A stretch of 64,000 bases of DNA from Gammaproteobacteria bacterium (GCA_965238225.1 OZ250183.1:1088001-1152000); one strand, 5' to 3'; shown: positions 23,901-36,258, counted from the first letter of the stretch. Made by a program: numbers and translations. The notes: generated by a model not told the origin, from the letters alone.

Positions 23901-25471
23901 AAGACTGTTGCTGGGATGGTGATTTCATAGTTTGTACCTGAAAGTAAGTCGTCTGTTGGGTTAAGGGTGATGGTAGAAGTACCTTCGCCTGTTACCTGTG
24001 TGCTTGTTACAGGAATATTTATAGCAGTACCACCTTGAGGTGTTAGGGTAATATTGCCTGTGCCTATGGTAATTTCTTCATTAAAGGTCAGCACAATATT
24101 ACTGTCTAATGGAACATTAGTTGCATTATTTGCAGGTGTAAAGGATGTTAATGTCGGAGCTGTGGTATCTACTGTAAGCTCGTTTGATGTAGTATCTGTG
24201 CTTATATTGCCTGTTGTATCAGTGACTGTTGCAGTGATGTCGTAAGTGTCATCAGCAAGTGTATTGGCTGTAAAACTCCATGCGCCATCTGTAGCAACAG
24301 TGGGTGTGTAAGTTTCACCATTTAAGGCAACAGAGAGTGTCTCACCTGTAAGAAGTGCGCTACCTGTGCCTGTTGTGCCTGTGATTTGTGCCCTTGGGTC
24401 ATTGCTGGTTAGTGCATTAACCGTGGGGGTAACAGGGGCTGTGTTGTCTACGGTAATGGTGGTAGATGTAGGTTCTATTACATTGCCTGCTAAGTCTGTG
24501 CCTTGGCTTAGTGTAAATGTTTGTGTGCCATCGCCTGTGCCTGGTGTCCATCTATAGGTGTAGATTGTTGTATTGAATCTTGTCATGTTGGTGGCAGCAA
24601 TGGGATTTACGCCAGTACCTGTAATTTGCATGGCAGGCGTATCTGCTATGGGTTCGCTGAATCTAGTATGGACGATGACGGCATCCCCTGCTTTTACTGC
24701 AGGTATACGATAATTAGCTCCTATACGATAACTCACGCCGTTTACTCTTAGCCAAGAACGGACATCGGCTGTGGGGGCTGTGTTGTCTACGGTAAGCTCG
24801 TTTGATGTAGTGTCTGTACTGACATTGCCTGTTGTGTCTGTGGCTGTTGCAGTGATGTCGTAAGTACCATCAGCAAGTGTATTGGCTGTAAAAGACCATG
24901 TGCCATCTGTAGCAACAGTAGGTGTGTAGGTTGTACCATTTAAGGTAATAGAGAGTGTCTCACCTGTAAGAAGTGCGCTACCTGTGCCTGTTGTGCCTGT
25001 GATGACAGGGGTTGGGTCATTGCTGGTTAGTGTATTAATCGTGGGTGTAGTAACAGGGGCTGTGCCTATCACTGTAATGGTGTTAGACGTGGTTTCGACA
25101 GTGTCCGTGCCTTGGTGGGTTAAAGTAAATGTTTGTATGCCAACAGCACCATCGTTGATTGTCCATGAATAGTAATAGAGCTCTCCGAGACTATCAATAG
25201 AGTATCTCATCATACTGGTTGCAGGAAAGCTATGTGCGCCAGTACCTGTGATTTCTATACTAGGACTATCTGCCCATACTATTCCTCCAAGGTCTGTGGC
25301 AATGATAAATACATTATTCCCTGCTTCTACTTGAGTAACAGGCTGACCATTCACCACATAAATGAGTTTAGCTGTGAGTGCTGCCTGTGCTACCTGTGCA
25401 GAAAATCCTGCAAGGAAAAAGACCAGTGTGAGACGTTTAAGTAGGTTTGTTGTGTTGTTAAGTAGTTTCAT
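14984..25471 (-). CDS. Giant Ig-like-repeat surface adhesin with a C-terminal autotransporter beta-barrel (~3,500 aa if intact; frameshifted in this sequence)
   Basis: Sec signal (…AQVAQA) at 25471, many Thr-rich Ig-like modules ending in D-x-A-G-N, and a barrel with alternating strands ending LELGLEF. Split into ORFs 20993-25471, 20107-21048, 18996-20150, 17787-18545 and 14984-~17797. Confidence 0.85.
17220..25050 (-). repeat. Intragenic mosaic repeat array of five Ig-like module types, including a ~2.58 kb duplicated block
   Basis: Near-identical DNA modules recur; for example, near-identical antisense ORFs start at 20753 and 23331, 2578 nt apart. Confidence 0.9.
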
Positions 25472-25748
25472 TATTATGTTCTTACCGTAATTATCCTAGG
25501 AATGTTATGCCTAAATCTTACACCTAATTCTTGACCGCTTAACTATAAAGTTTGAACCAGCATAATTTTAAACACATAAATTATTACTAATGATTTTTTA
25601 GTTATTCCTCTATTTTACATTGTTTATTTTTACATTGTTCTTCAGTGTTGTAGCCTTTAGTGCTGCTGAAGTTAAAATAGTTCCTTAAAAATTCCAGAAA
25701 AATATACTTAAACATTAGCAATGTTGCTTTAAGGTAATTTTGGTGAAG

Positions 25749-25784
25749 ATATATTACGTACCCATCATATATTACGTACCCATC
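25749..25784. repeat. 18-bp perfect tandem repeat x2 (ATATATTACGTACCCATC)
   Basis: Seen directly, ~120 bp from the tRNA-Ser 3' end. Confidence 0.9.
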
Positions 25785-25903
25785 TATGTAGCGATAAAAG
25801 CATGCAAAAATAACGATTTTCCGGAAATTGTTTTGGTGCTTGCAAATTGTTGCAAATTGACCAAACCCAACGTTCGGCTGCCTATCTCTACGTCTATTCA
25901 AAT

Positions 25904-25993
25904 TGGCGGAGAGAGAGGGATTCGAACCCTCGAAGGGCTTACACCCTCGCTGGTTTTCAAGACCAGTGCATTCAACCGCTCTGCCATCTCTCC
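25904..25993 (-). tRNA. tRNA-Ser (UGA)
   Basis: GGAGAGATGGCAGAGCGGTTGAATGCACTGGTC-TTGAAAA-CCAG, long variable arm, GGTTCGAATCC, and CCA end; 90 nt. Confidence 0.97.
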
Positions 25994-26233
25994 CAAGCTT
26001 ATTAATATTTTTTACATGACTACTGCCTTATGCCGTACATATCATAGCACTTGATATCCCTTAGAACATGATAATTTCTATCGTTTTTTTAATCTACTAT
26101 TTTTAATCTACTAGAGTATTAGTTGGGGTATTAATTTTTCTATTTTTATACCATCTAAAGACTTGAAAATGCTGATTTATCCCGCATACTGGCGATGTTG
26201 CGTGTTTTAATTAATTACTAGGAGCTTATTCTC

Positions 26234-26908
26234 ATGATCCAAAACCCAGAAATTGTCATACGCAGGCCAAATGAGTCTGTTTTAGCGACCAACAAAGTCC
26301 TTAAAAACACATACATGCTGCTTTCGATGACTTTGCTTTTTAGCGCACTAACAGCATGGATTGCCATGAAAATAAACATGCCGCCTCTAAATATATTCAT
26401 TACTCTTGGTGGTTATTTTGCACTGTTATATACCACAACAAAGCTGAGAAATAGCGCTTGGGGGATTATCTCAATTTTCGCATTTACCGGTTTTATGGGT
26501 TTAACAATGGGTCCTATAATTAACTTATATCTAAATACATTTTCTAATGGTACTGAGCTCGTTACCTTGTCTATGGGCGGTACTGGGGCTATTTTCATTG
26601 GTCTTTCAAGCTATGTCTTGACCACAAAAAAAGATTTCAGCTTTATGAGCGGGTTTTTAATGGTCGGCATTTTAACCGCCTTTTTGGCTGGCATTGCTGC
26701 ATTGATATTTAATATCCCTGCGCTTTCATTGGCAGTTTCAGCTGTTTTTATATTACTGATGTCTGGTCTCATACTTCACCAAACAAGTGAAATTATTCAT
26801 GGCGGCGAAACCAATTACATCATGGCGACCATTACGCTTTACATATCCATATATAACCTCTTTATGAGCTTACTGCATATATTAGGCGCTGTGGCTGGTG
26901 ATGATTAA
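26234..26908 (+). CDS. yccA: Bax inhibitor-1/YccA family membrane protein
   Basis: NKVLKNTYMLLSMTL, FTGFMG and GGETNYIMAT motifs; adjacent to tRNA-Ser. Confidence 0.92.
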   Translation: MIQNPEIVIRRPNESVLATNKVLKNTYMLLSMTLLFSALTAWIAMKINMPPLNIFITLGGYFALLYTTTKLRNSAWGIISIFAFTGFMGLTMGPIINLYLNTFSNGTELVTLSMGGTGAIFIGLSSYVLTTKKDFSFMSGFLMVGILTAFLAGIAALIFNIPALSLAVSAVFILLMSGLILHQTSEIIHGGETNYIMATITLYISIYNLFMSLLHILGAVAGDD

Positions 26909-26953
26909 CTAAACTATTTCACATACGAACATGCCGTAGAGCATGAATTTCAT

Positions 26954-26985
26954 AAAAGTCCGATATTGTTAAATCGGGCTTTTTT
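26954..26985 (+). terminator. Rho-independent terminator after yccA
   Basis: AAGTCCGAT-loop-ATCGGGCTT stem followed by a T-run. Confidence 0.75.
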
Positions 26986-27141
26986 ATTTGTAGCCTATAT
27001 CCGTGCTAGTACGTTTAAGCTTGCGTATCGGCGCTATTTACATCTAGCTAGGTTAAAAACGGCAAACAGTATTAAGCAGTGTCGGAAACAACAATTCTTT
27101 TAAATATTTTTAGGGCAAACATTTTACAAAAGGTTATTGGC

Positions 27142-28683
27142 ATGCAAATTGGAATACCCGCAGAAATTTATGCAGACGAAAAACGTGTCGCGACTACGCC
27201 TGAAGTCGCAGGATGGCTGCAGAAGTTAGGATATACAGTTGCTGTAGAAACAGGCGCTGGTAAAAGAGCAAATTTCTCTGATGAATCCTATGCTAATGCG
27301 AATGTTAAAGTTATTGCGGATACAAAAACATTGTGGGAAAACTCTGACATTATTCTTAAGGTAAGGGCGCCAGAGCCCTCTGAAGTTCACTACCTAAACG
27401 CTGATAAAACACTGATTAGTTTTATTTGGCCTGCGCAAAATGAATCGTTGTTAAAACAAATGGCCAATACAGGCGCTACTGTATTAGCAATGGACAGCGT
27501 GCCACGTATCTCTCGTGCGCAAAAGATGGATGCATTAAGCTCAATGGCCAATATTGCAGGCTACCGCGCTATTGTTGAGGCAGCTCAACATTTTGGTCGT
27601 TTCTTTGCCGGGCAAATTACTGCGGCTGGTAAAATACCTCCTGCAAAAGTTATGGTAATTGGTGCAGGCGTTGCAGGTCTCTCTGCGATAGGCACTGCTA
27701 AAAGCATGGGCGCTATTGTTAGGGCGTTTGACACACGTTTAGAAGTTAAAGAGCAGGTTGAAAGTATGGATGCTGAATTTCTTGAGCTTGATTTTGAAGA
27801 AGATGGCGCAGGCGCAGGTGGTTACTCCAAACAAATGAGTGATATCTTTTTGCGCGCAGAAATGGAGCTATTTTCTAAGCAAGCCAAAGAAGTTGATATT
27901 ATCGTCACCACTGCCTTAATACCCAATAAGCGAGCCCCTAGGTTAATCTCAGAAGACATGATTAAGTCTATGCAAGACGGCAGCGTTGTGGTTGATCTCG
28001 CTGCTGAACAAGGAGGCAACTGCGAGGGCACAAAACCAGACGAAGTTGTTGTACAGCATGGTGTGGTGATGATTGGCTATACAGATTTACCCAGCCGCAT
28101 GGCAGCACAATCAAGCCAATTATACAGTACCAACTTGCGTCACATATTAACCGATATGACCCCTGAAAAAGATGGTGAGATTAACATTGACATGGAAGAC
28201 GAAGCGATACGCGGCGCTACAGTTATTAAAGCAGGAGAGATTACCTGGCCACCGCCAGAACCAAAATTATCAGTCGCAACAGCAAAACCTGTAAAAGCCC
28301 CTACAGTAGAAGTTGCAAAAACAAAGAAACCTATACTTTCACCAGCGCTAAAGCAATCCTTGCCTATGCTGATTGGTGGTTTGTTGCTTTACGGGCTAGG
28401 CGCAGTTGCGCCAAGCTCTTTCATGACACACTTTACAGTATTTGTACTTGCGTGTTTCATCGGTTATATGGTTATCTGGAATGTGTCTGCATCGCTACAC
28501 ACGCCCTTGATGAGTATTACCAACGCGATAAGTAGCATCATCGTCATTGGCGCACTGATACAGATATCCTCCACACATTCAGTTGTATTTATACTTGCGG
28601 CTATAGGCGTATTGATTGCCAGTATTAATATTACTGGTGGCTTCGCTGTCACGCGCCGTATGTTGAAAATGTTTCAAAAGTAG
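27142..28683 (+). CDS. pntA: NAD(P) transhydrogenase alpha subunit
   Basis: [30 protein letters not shown] and [13 protein letters not shown] motifs. Confidence 0.96.
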   Translation: MQIGIPAEIYADEKRVATTPEVAGWLQKLGYTVAVETGAGKRANFSDESYANANVKVIADTKTLWENSDIILKVRAPEPSEVHYLNADKTLISFIWPAQNESLLKQMANTGATVLAMDSVPRISRAQKMDALSSMANIAGYRAIVEAAQHFGRFFAGQITAAGKIPPAKVMVIGAGVAGLSAIGTAKSMGAIVRAFDTRLEVKEQVESMDAEFLELDFEEDGAGAGGYSKQMSDIFLRAEMELFSKQAKEVDIIVTTALIPNKRAPRLISEDMIKSMQDGSVVVDLAAEQGGNCEGTKPDEVVVQHGVVMIGYTDLPSRMAAQSSQLYSTNLRHILTDMTPEKDGEINIDMEDEAIRGATVIKAGEITWPPPEPKLSVATAKPVKAPTVEVAKTKKPILSPALKQSLPMLIGGLLLYGLGAVAPSSFMTHFTVFVLACFIGYMVIWNVSASLHTPLMSITNAISSIIVIGALIQISSTHSVVFILAAIGVLIASINITGGFAVTRRMLKMFQK

Positions 28684-28699
28684 AAGGTGGTAGTCAGTG

Positions 28700-30097
28700 A
28701 TGTCTGAAGGAATTATCACAGTTTCATATATCGCCGCGACCATCCTCTTTATTCTCGCGTTAAGCGGACTGAGTCATCAAGAAACTGCCAGAAAAGGCAA
28801 TGCCTACGGCATGATTGGTATGGCAATTGCCATTATTGCAACCGTCGCAGCACCTAGTGTTACAAGTTATATGGAAATAGCGATAGCCATGTTTATCGGC
28901 GGAATTATAGGCTACATGCTGGCAATGAAAGTTGAAATGACTCAGATGCCAGAGCTTGTTGCGATATTGCATAGCCTAGTGGGTATGGCTGCTGTTTTAA
29001 TTGGCTATGCCACCTTTATAGATCCAAATATTCACTTTTCAACACCTGTAGAAAAAACCATTCACGAGATTGAAATTTATGTTGGCGTTTTAATAGGCAC
29101 CATAACCTTTTCTGGTTCTGTCATTGCCTTTGGAAAATTAAGCGGGAAGATTGGCAGCTCGCCATTAACGCTCCCCGCTCGTCACTGGTTAAATTTAGCC
29201 TTACTCATTGCTGCTATTTATTTTGCTTATGAATTTGTTCATCAAGCAGAAATTGGCGGTAATCCCATATTGCCATTAGTCATCATGACAGTGCTTGCAT
29301 TAATTTTCGGTATTCATATGGTCATGGCGATTGGTGGTGCAGACATGCCAGTCGTAGTTTCCATGCTCAACAGTTATTCCGGTTGGGCAGCAGCCGCAAC
29401 AGGATTTATGTTAGGCAATGACCTGCTTATTGTGACCGGTGCATTGGTCGGTAGCAGTGGTGCTATTTTGAGCTATATCATGTGTCGCGCTATGAATAGA
29501 AATTTTATCTCTGTGATTGCAGGTGGTTTTGGCACTGGTTCTGGTGTGTCTTCTGTAACAAACGAGCAAGGAGAAGTGATAGAGATAGAGACCGAAGAAG
29601 TCGTCAGTCTCTTTAAAGAAGCAAAGGAGATTATGATTATTCCAGGTTATGGAATGGCAGTGGCTCAAGCACAGCATGTCGTTAATGAAATCGTTAAAAC
29701 ATTAAAAAGCAAAAAAATCAATATACGTTTTGGAATTCACCCCGTTGCCGGACGTATGCCTGGACATATGAATGTTTTATTAGCCGAAGCGAAAGTTCCG
29801 TACGATATCGTTTTTGAAATGGATGAAATTAATGAAGATTTCCCCAATATTGATGTTACAGTCGTCATTGGCGCAAACGATATTGTCAATCCATCAGCAT
29901 TGACCGACCCCAATAGTCCAATAGCCGGTATGCCAGTATTGCAATGCTGGAAAGGTGAAACTACTATTGTGCTTAAACGTGGCATGGCTGTAGGCTATGC
30001 AGGCGTTGAAAACCCGCTTTTCTTTATGGAAAATACACGCATGTATTTTGGTGATGCGAAAGAAAGTCTTGATGCTGTTTTAAAACAATTAAATTAA
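28700..30097 (+). CDS. pntB: NAD(P) transhydrogenase beta subunit
   Basis: [31 protein letters not shown] and [12 protein letters not shown] motifs. Confidence 0.96.
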   Translation: MSEGIITVSYIAATILFILALSGLSHQETARKGNAYGMIGMAIAIIATVAAPSVTSYMEIAIAMFIGGIIGYMLAMKVEMTQMPELVAILHSLVGMAAVLIGYATFIDPNIHFSTPVEKTIHEIEIYVGVLIGTITFSGSVIAFGKLSGKIGSSPLTLPARHWLNLALLIAAIYFAYEFVHQAEIGGNPILPLVIMTVLALIFGIHMVMAIGGADMPVVVSMLNSYSGWAAAATGFMLGNDLLIVTGALVGSSGAILSYIMCRAMNRNFISVIAGGFGTGSGVSSVTNEQGEVIEIETEEVVSLFKEAKEIMIIPGYGMAVAQAQHVVNEIVKTLKSKKINIRFGIHPVAGRMPGHMNVLLAEAKVPYDIVFEMDEINEDFPNIDVTVVIGANDIVNPSALTDPNSPIAGMPVLQCWKGETTIVLKRGMAVGYAGVENPLFFMENTRMYFGDAKESLDAVLKQLN

Positions 30098-30113
30098 TTA
30101 AGGAAAAAATCTG

Positions 30114-30303
30114 ATGGCTAACTAAGGTTAGTACGAGCCAATTTCTGAATTAAACAATGAAACAAGAGATATGCACAGAGCAATCTCTTCTTTAATGGAA
30201 GAATTAGAAGCGGTTGACTGGTATAACACAACGTGTTGGATGTCTGTTAAGGGTGAAGAGTTAAAAGCTATTCTTGCGCATAACCCGTGACGAAGAAAAA
30301 GAA
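30114..30303 (+). pseudogene. Encapsulated-ferritin (EncFtn/Flp) pseudogene
   Basis: After an AAGGA RBS it reads MAN*G*YEPISELNNETRDMHRAISSLMEELEAVDWYN / GEELKAILAHN / RDEEKE. It has two stops and frameshifts, and is truncated at the serS 3' end. Confidence 0.88.
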
Positions 30304-30319
30304 TTTGTTTCATTGATAT

Positions 30320-31621
<1,302 letters not shown>

Positions 31622-31702
31622 CTAATTAAGTTTTTAAAGGTTTCTGAGTGTATGGCTTGGTTTTATGTGAAACCAATTTGACAATTATGATCTTAAATTT
31701 GC

Positions 31703-32077
31703 TTATATATTTCTCCCTAAGATCATGCCCAAAAAACAAGCCAATAGGCAAAGCGCGACACTCAAAAAGATATTCAAAGCAGCTTTTAATTGTTCACCGG
31801 ATTGGAATAGGTTTAATGTTTCAATAGAAAATGTTGAAAAGGTGGTAAAGGAACCTAGCAAACCTACCACTAAAGCTGCACGCCATGCAGCGCTCATATC
31901 CATGCGTTCTGCTATAAATACATAACATAAACCCATGAATAGTGAACCAAGGACATTGACTGTCAATGTCCCATAAGGGAATCCTTTGCCCAGTAGCGCA
32001 TAAATGCCATTCGACATCCAGTAACGTATTAATGCGCCCGTGGCACCGCCTGCCGCTATACAAACTAGTTGATTCAC
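31703..32077 (-). CDS. crcB: Fluoride efflux channel Fluc/CrcB
   Basis: GGATGALIRY, FPYGTLTVN and GSFTTFSTFS motifs. Confidence 0.95.
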   Translation of the reverse strand: MNQLVCIAAGGATGALIRYWMSNGIYALLGKGFPYGTLTVNVLGSLFMGLCYVFIAERMDMSAAWRAALVVGLLGSFTTFSTFSIETLNLFQSGEQLKAALNIFLSVALCLLACFLGMILGRNI

Positions 32078-32179
32078 TGTTTGATATTCTTGCCTGAATC
32101 TACGATAGATCCGTATTTTATATGATAAACAAGCTAATTGCTTTTTCTCAATTATTTATTCTTGATTATTCATTATGAG

Positions 32180-33487
32180 TTATTCATTTTGAGCTTCTTT
32201 ATCAAGATTTCTCAATCTTGCCAATTTTTCAGCAATGTTGATTTCCAAGCCTCGCAAAACAGGTTCATAATAACGCTGCTCTTTCATGCCCTCCGGGAAA
32301 TAATGCTCGCCTGCCGCATAGGCATCAGGTTCATTATGCGCGTAGCGATAATCCTTACCGTAATCTAATTCTTTCATGAGCGTAGTCGACGCATTACGCA
32401 AATGCAACGGGACTTCATGTGAGGCACTACCTTTAACATCGCTCATGACAGTATTAAAGGCCTTGTAAACTGCATTACTTTTGGCTGCACAGGCCAAATA
32501 GACAATTGCTTGAGCAATGGCTAACTCTCCTTCAGGAGACCCCAATCGCTCTTGGGTTTCCCAAGCATCCAAAGCAAGCCGCAGGCCGCGTGGGTCTGCA
32601 TTGCCAATATCTTCAGAAGCCATGCGCACCACTCTTCGAGCAATATAAAGTGGGTCGCAACCCCCGTCTAGCATACGGGCATACCAATAAAGGGAAGCGT
32701 CTGGCGATGAGCCTCTGACTGATTTATGTAGTGCGGATATTTGATCGTAAAAGGCTTCTCCACCTTTATCAAAACGACGCACACCGCCGCCGCTTAATAC
32801 TTCTTCAATCAATTCATCATTGATGATATTTTCTGTCGACAGATCAGATGCAATTTCTAATAGATTTAATGCTCTGCGCGCATCACCATCAGCAATTTCT
32901 GCTAATTTTTGCATTGCAGAATTTTCAAGTGTTAGGTCTTTAGCTTTTAAACCTCTATCTTCATCCGTTAACGCCTGTTGTAATATATTTTTAATATCAT
33001 CTATTTCCAATGACCTTAAAATATAAACTCGTAGGCGTGACAGCAGTGCATTGTTTAACTCAAAGGATGGGTTTTCTGTTGTAGCACCAATGAATGTCAC
33101 CGTGCCATCTTCTACAAAGGGTAGGAAAGCATCTTGTTGTGATTTATTAAAACGATGCACTTCATCGACAAATAATATCGTATCTTTTTTATAGGCTTCG
33201 CGATATTGTTTTGCCTGTTCGATGGCCGCGCGGATATCTTTTACACCACTCAATACTGCTGAAAGCGGTATAAATTGTGCGTCACAGGAGTTGGCAATAA
33301 TTTTAGCCAATGTTGTCTTGCCTGTCCCGGGAGGTCCCCAAAATACCACAGAATGTAGATGTCCATTTTCTATGGCAACGCGTAAAGGTTTTGTCGGGGC
33401 TAGAATATGTTGTTGGCCAGCATATTCATTAACCGAACGTGGACGCATACGGTCTGCGAGTGGATGATAATCTAGGCTTGCAGTCAT
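32180..33487 (-). CDS. rarA: Replication-associated recombination protein A
   Basis: PLADRMRP, GPPGTGKT, DEVHRFNK and ISALHKSVRGS motifs. Confidence 0.96.
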   Translation of the reverse strand: MTASLDYHPLADRMRPRSVNEYAGQQHILAPTKPLRVAIENGHLHSVVFWGPPGTGKTTLAKIIANSCDAQFIPLSAVLSGVKDIRAAIEQAKQYREAYKKDTILFVDEVHRFNKSQQDAFLPFVEDGTVTFIGATTENPSFELNNALLSRLRVYILRSLEIDDIKNILQQALTDEDRGLKAKDLTLENSAMQKLAEIADGDARRALNLLEIASDLSTENIINDELIEEVLSGGGVRRFDKGGEAFYDQISALHKSVRGSSPDASLYWYARMLDGGCDPLYIARRVVRMASEDIGNADPRGLRLALDAWETQERLGSPEGELAIAQAIVYLACAAKSNAVYKAFNTVMSDVKGSASHEVPLHLRNASTTLMKELDYGKDYRYAHNEPDAYAAGEHYFPEGMKEQRYYEPVLRGLEINIAEKLARLRNLDKEAQNE

Positions 33488-33491
33488 TTTC

Positions 33492-33812
33492 TTATGTAAT
33501 CACCTTGCCCCGCAGATCATGATCTCCCAGTGCTTTAAGAGCTTTTGGGTGTGTGTTTCGACTTTCATTTTCGTGCACACCAAAACAACCGGCAACAATC
33601 GCTTTGCCGTTTTCATTAATGGCATCACCAATAGTTTCAAAGGGTTCATCGCCAGTGCTGTCGATAAAGCCGCAAGCATTAACAACAACCACATCCGCGC
33701 CTTTGTATGAATTTATAATCTCATAGCCATTAATGCGTAGTTGCGTGAGGATTCGCTTAGAATCTACCAATGCTTTTGGACAACCAAGGCTTATAAAACC
33801 AATTTTTGACAC
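33492..33812 (-). pseudogene. rimO: Truncated ribosomal protein S12 methylthiotransferase (N-terminal domain only)
   Basis: [23 protein letters not shown]...[11 protein letters not shown]...GC. It ends after 106 aa; the radical-SAM and TRAM domains are missing. Confidence 0.88.
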
Positions 33813-33959
33813 AAAACTATCCTAGTTCGTGATGAATGCTGTTCGTGAAGTGACACATTCTACTGGAGAGCTTGTGCTGTGGCGAAATAATTACCAATAC
33901 AATTATTGATTCAACAGAAAAATATCTATACTCTGCCAACTCCTGTGACATTAAGCTAC

Positions 33960-34035
33960 GCCGGATTAGCTCAGTTGGTAGAGCACCCGCCTTGTAAGCG
34001 GAAGGTCGAGAGTTCAAATCCCTCATCCGGCACCA
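33960..34035 (+). tRNA. tRNA-Thr (UGU)
   Basis: GCCGGATTAGCTCAGTTGGTAGAGC...CTTGTAA...TTCAAATC...ATCCGGCACCA; 76 nt. Confidence 0.92.
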
Positions 34036-34108
34036 CTAATATTTTTAATCAAAAATATCAAAATAGTAACAATAATTAAAAGTTGTGTTTGCTGCATGTC
34101 TTTGCAAT

Positions 34109-35896
34109 TCACTGGGAAAATAAATAAGTAGCAGTTTGGTAAAAAATGAAACTGCTTAGCCATGCCAAAAATAATGGCCATGCCACTGCGATTGCAGTGA
34201 ATGACCAGCTTTTGGATTCTTGCTTTAAAACAGCAACGGTTGACAAGCAAGGTGTATAGATTAAAACAAAAAGCATAAAGCTATAGGCTTGTATCCATGT
34301 TGTCGTTTCTGCAACGACACCAGCAAGACTGTCTGGATCAACTGCATAAATTACAGCCATTGCACCCAAAACAATTTCTTTTGCAACAAACCCAAAAATC
34401 AACACCACGGTCATAAGCTTATCCAAGCCTAACGGTTCAAATATCGGTGCAAATAATTCAGCTATCTTTCCGGCTAATGTTTCGCTGCTTGCTGGAACAG
34501 CATCAAAAGGATAATGTGTCAAAAACCAAACAAGCACGACCCCTAATAAAATATAACTGCTCGCTTCTTTAATGAAATACCAGATTTCTCTCCAGGCATG
34601 CAGCAACATTTGTCGCCCGGTAGGAAAACGATAAGGGGGCAGCTCTAACAAGAACGGCTCATTATTTGATGATCTATTTCTATAAAGTGCTGCCGTTAAA
34701 AAGGCAGCACCAAAGCTCGCGACATACAAAGTAAATAAAACTAATGGTGCAGCTTGCGGGCTGAATATCGCTGTAGTGAGAAATACAAATACCTGTAACC
34801 GTGCAGAACATAATGAAAAAGGAATGATCATCATTGTTAAAAGACGTAAACCCCGAGAACGCATCACACGAGTTCCCATTAAGGCAGGCACATTACATCC
34901 AAAACCCATAAGCTGCATAACAAACGAACGTCCATCTAAGCCCATTTTTGACATAAAAGCATCCATAAGAAAGGCAGCTCGAGCCAGATAGCCAGAATCT
35001 TCAACGACGGCCATACATAAAAAGAATAAGATAATAATCGGCAAGAAAGATAAAACAGTGCCAATACCATTATAAACACCTTCAAGTAAAAAACTTTGCA
35101 ACACAGGATGGACATTATCAAGGAAGAAAACCAGAACAGATTCTTGTAATACATTTAAAAGCCATGCAATACCATCTTGCAAGGGTGTGCCAATGGTGTA
35201 TACGATTTCAAACATCAACAGAATAGCTAAGAAAAATATGGGCAGTCCAAGCCATGGATGTAATAAAAACCTATCCAGTTTATCTGTCAAACTGTTAGAT
35301 AATTCAGTCGGTACATTGACACATTTGGAGATTAGACGGCCAAGCTTCTCTTCTAGCTTGTCATTATCAACAAATATTTCTATCTTTTTTGCAGAGGAAT
35401 TTTTTTGCTTACTTAAAGACGCTCTGATTAATTCTCTAGCTTCTTTTATTCCTTGACCAAATTTAGCACTCATCAAGGTAACCGGGATATCTAGTTCCAG
35501 AGATAACCGTTCCGTGTCTATTGTAATTCCATGTTGTCGCGCTTCATCATGCATGTTTAATAACAGCACCATGGGTAGATTTAATTCCTGCAACTGGAGT
35601 GCAAGCGCCAGTTGTCTTTCCATCTGTGATGCATTACCTACAACAACCAATAAATCTATATCTGTATTTTCAATAAAATGTCGAGCAACTTTTTCGTCTT
35701 CACTAAACCCGTGTAAATTATAGATACCAGGCAAATCAACTATTTCAACTATCTCTGCCCCTTCCATTATTTTTGCAGAAAGCAACTCGACGGTAATACC
35801 AGGCCAGTTGCCTATTTTTGCACTGGCACCTGTTAGCCTGTTAAAAAAAGTGGATTTCCCTGTGTTAGGCATCCCTAATAAGGCGATACGTCTCAT
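34109..35896 (-). CDS. feoB: Ferrous iron transporter FeoB (short form)
   Basis: GMPNTGKS, GNWPGITVE, DLPGIY, EDSGYLAR and GFGCNVPA motifs. Confidence 0.95.
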   Translation of the reverse strand: MRRIALLGMPNTGKSTFFNRLTGASAKIGNWPGITVELLSAKIMEGAEIVEIVDLPGIYNLHGFSEDEKVARHFIENTDIDLLVVVGNASQMERQLALALQLQELNLPMVLLLNMHDEARQHGITIDTERLSLELDIPVTLMSAKFGQGIKEARELIRASLSKQKNSSAKKIEIFVDNDKLEEKLGRLISKCVNVPTELSNSLTDKLDRFLLHPWLGLPIFFLAILLMFEIVYTIGTPLQDGIAWLLNVLQESVLVFFLDNVHPVLQSFLLEGVYNGIGTVLSFLPIIILFFLCMAVVEDSGYLARAAFLMDAFMSKMGLDGRSFVMQLMGFGCNVPALMGTRVMRSRGLRLLTMMIIPFSLCSARLQVFVFLTTAIFSPQAAPLVLFTLYVASFGAAFLTAALYRNRSSNNEPFLLELPPYRFPTGRQMLLHAWREIWYFIKEASSYILLGVVLVWFLTHYPFDAVPASSETLAGKIAELFAPIFEPLGLDKLMTVVLIFGFVAKEIVLGAMAVIYAVDPDSLAGVVAETTTWIQAYSFMLFVLIYTPCLSTVAVLKQESKSWSFTAIAVAWPLFLAWLSSFIFYQTATYLFSQ

Positions 35897-35993
35897 GAAT
35901 GAAGCCTGTTCATGTGCTTTTATAATGCTGCGGAAGGGTAAAACGATTTACGATGATAAAAAAATGAATATTGCAGATGAACTATTTGCTGGA

Positions 35994-36215
35994 TTACTTG
36001 GCAAGATCGATCAAATTCGCCTGTTCCGCTCTCATTAATATGTCTGTATGACCTGCGCGTATTTGCAAAGGTCCGCCCATGGAAGCTCGCCTGATGACGG
36101 CGACTTCCTGGCCTATACGTAGACCTAGACCCGTAATCCTAGCTTTAAGCGCTTCATCAGCGGTCACAGAAGCGATTTTTGCGATCTCACCTGCTTGTAA
36201 TAGATTTAAGGTCAT
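35994..36215 (-). CDS. feoA: FeoA
   Basis: 73 aa with LGLRIGQEV..R..MGGPLQI; lies upstream of feoB. Confidence 0.92.
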   Translation of the reverse strand: MTLNLLQAGEIAKIASVTADEALKARITGLGLRIGQEVAVIRRASMGGPLQIRAGHTDILMRAEQANLIDLAK

Positions 36216-36258
36216 GTCCAGCTTTTTCGACGATCTTTGGCAAATAGTAGAATGTATT

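Noticed and set aside
17220-25050. Diversity-generating retroelement template/variable repeat pair among the adhesin repeats
   Set aside because: There is no reverse transcriptase in the window, differences between copies are not obviously adenine-restricted, and all copies lie within one coding array.
19165-25444. Recurrent short plus-strand ORFs (MPVVPV..., MCAIA...)
   Set aside because: Antisense shadows of the adhesin modules.
25602-26054. ORFs 25602-25901 and 25740-26054
   Set aside because: They overlap the tRNA or the tandem repeat and have no protein-like features.
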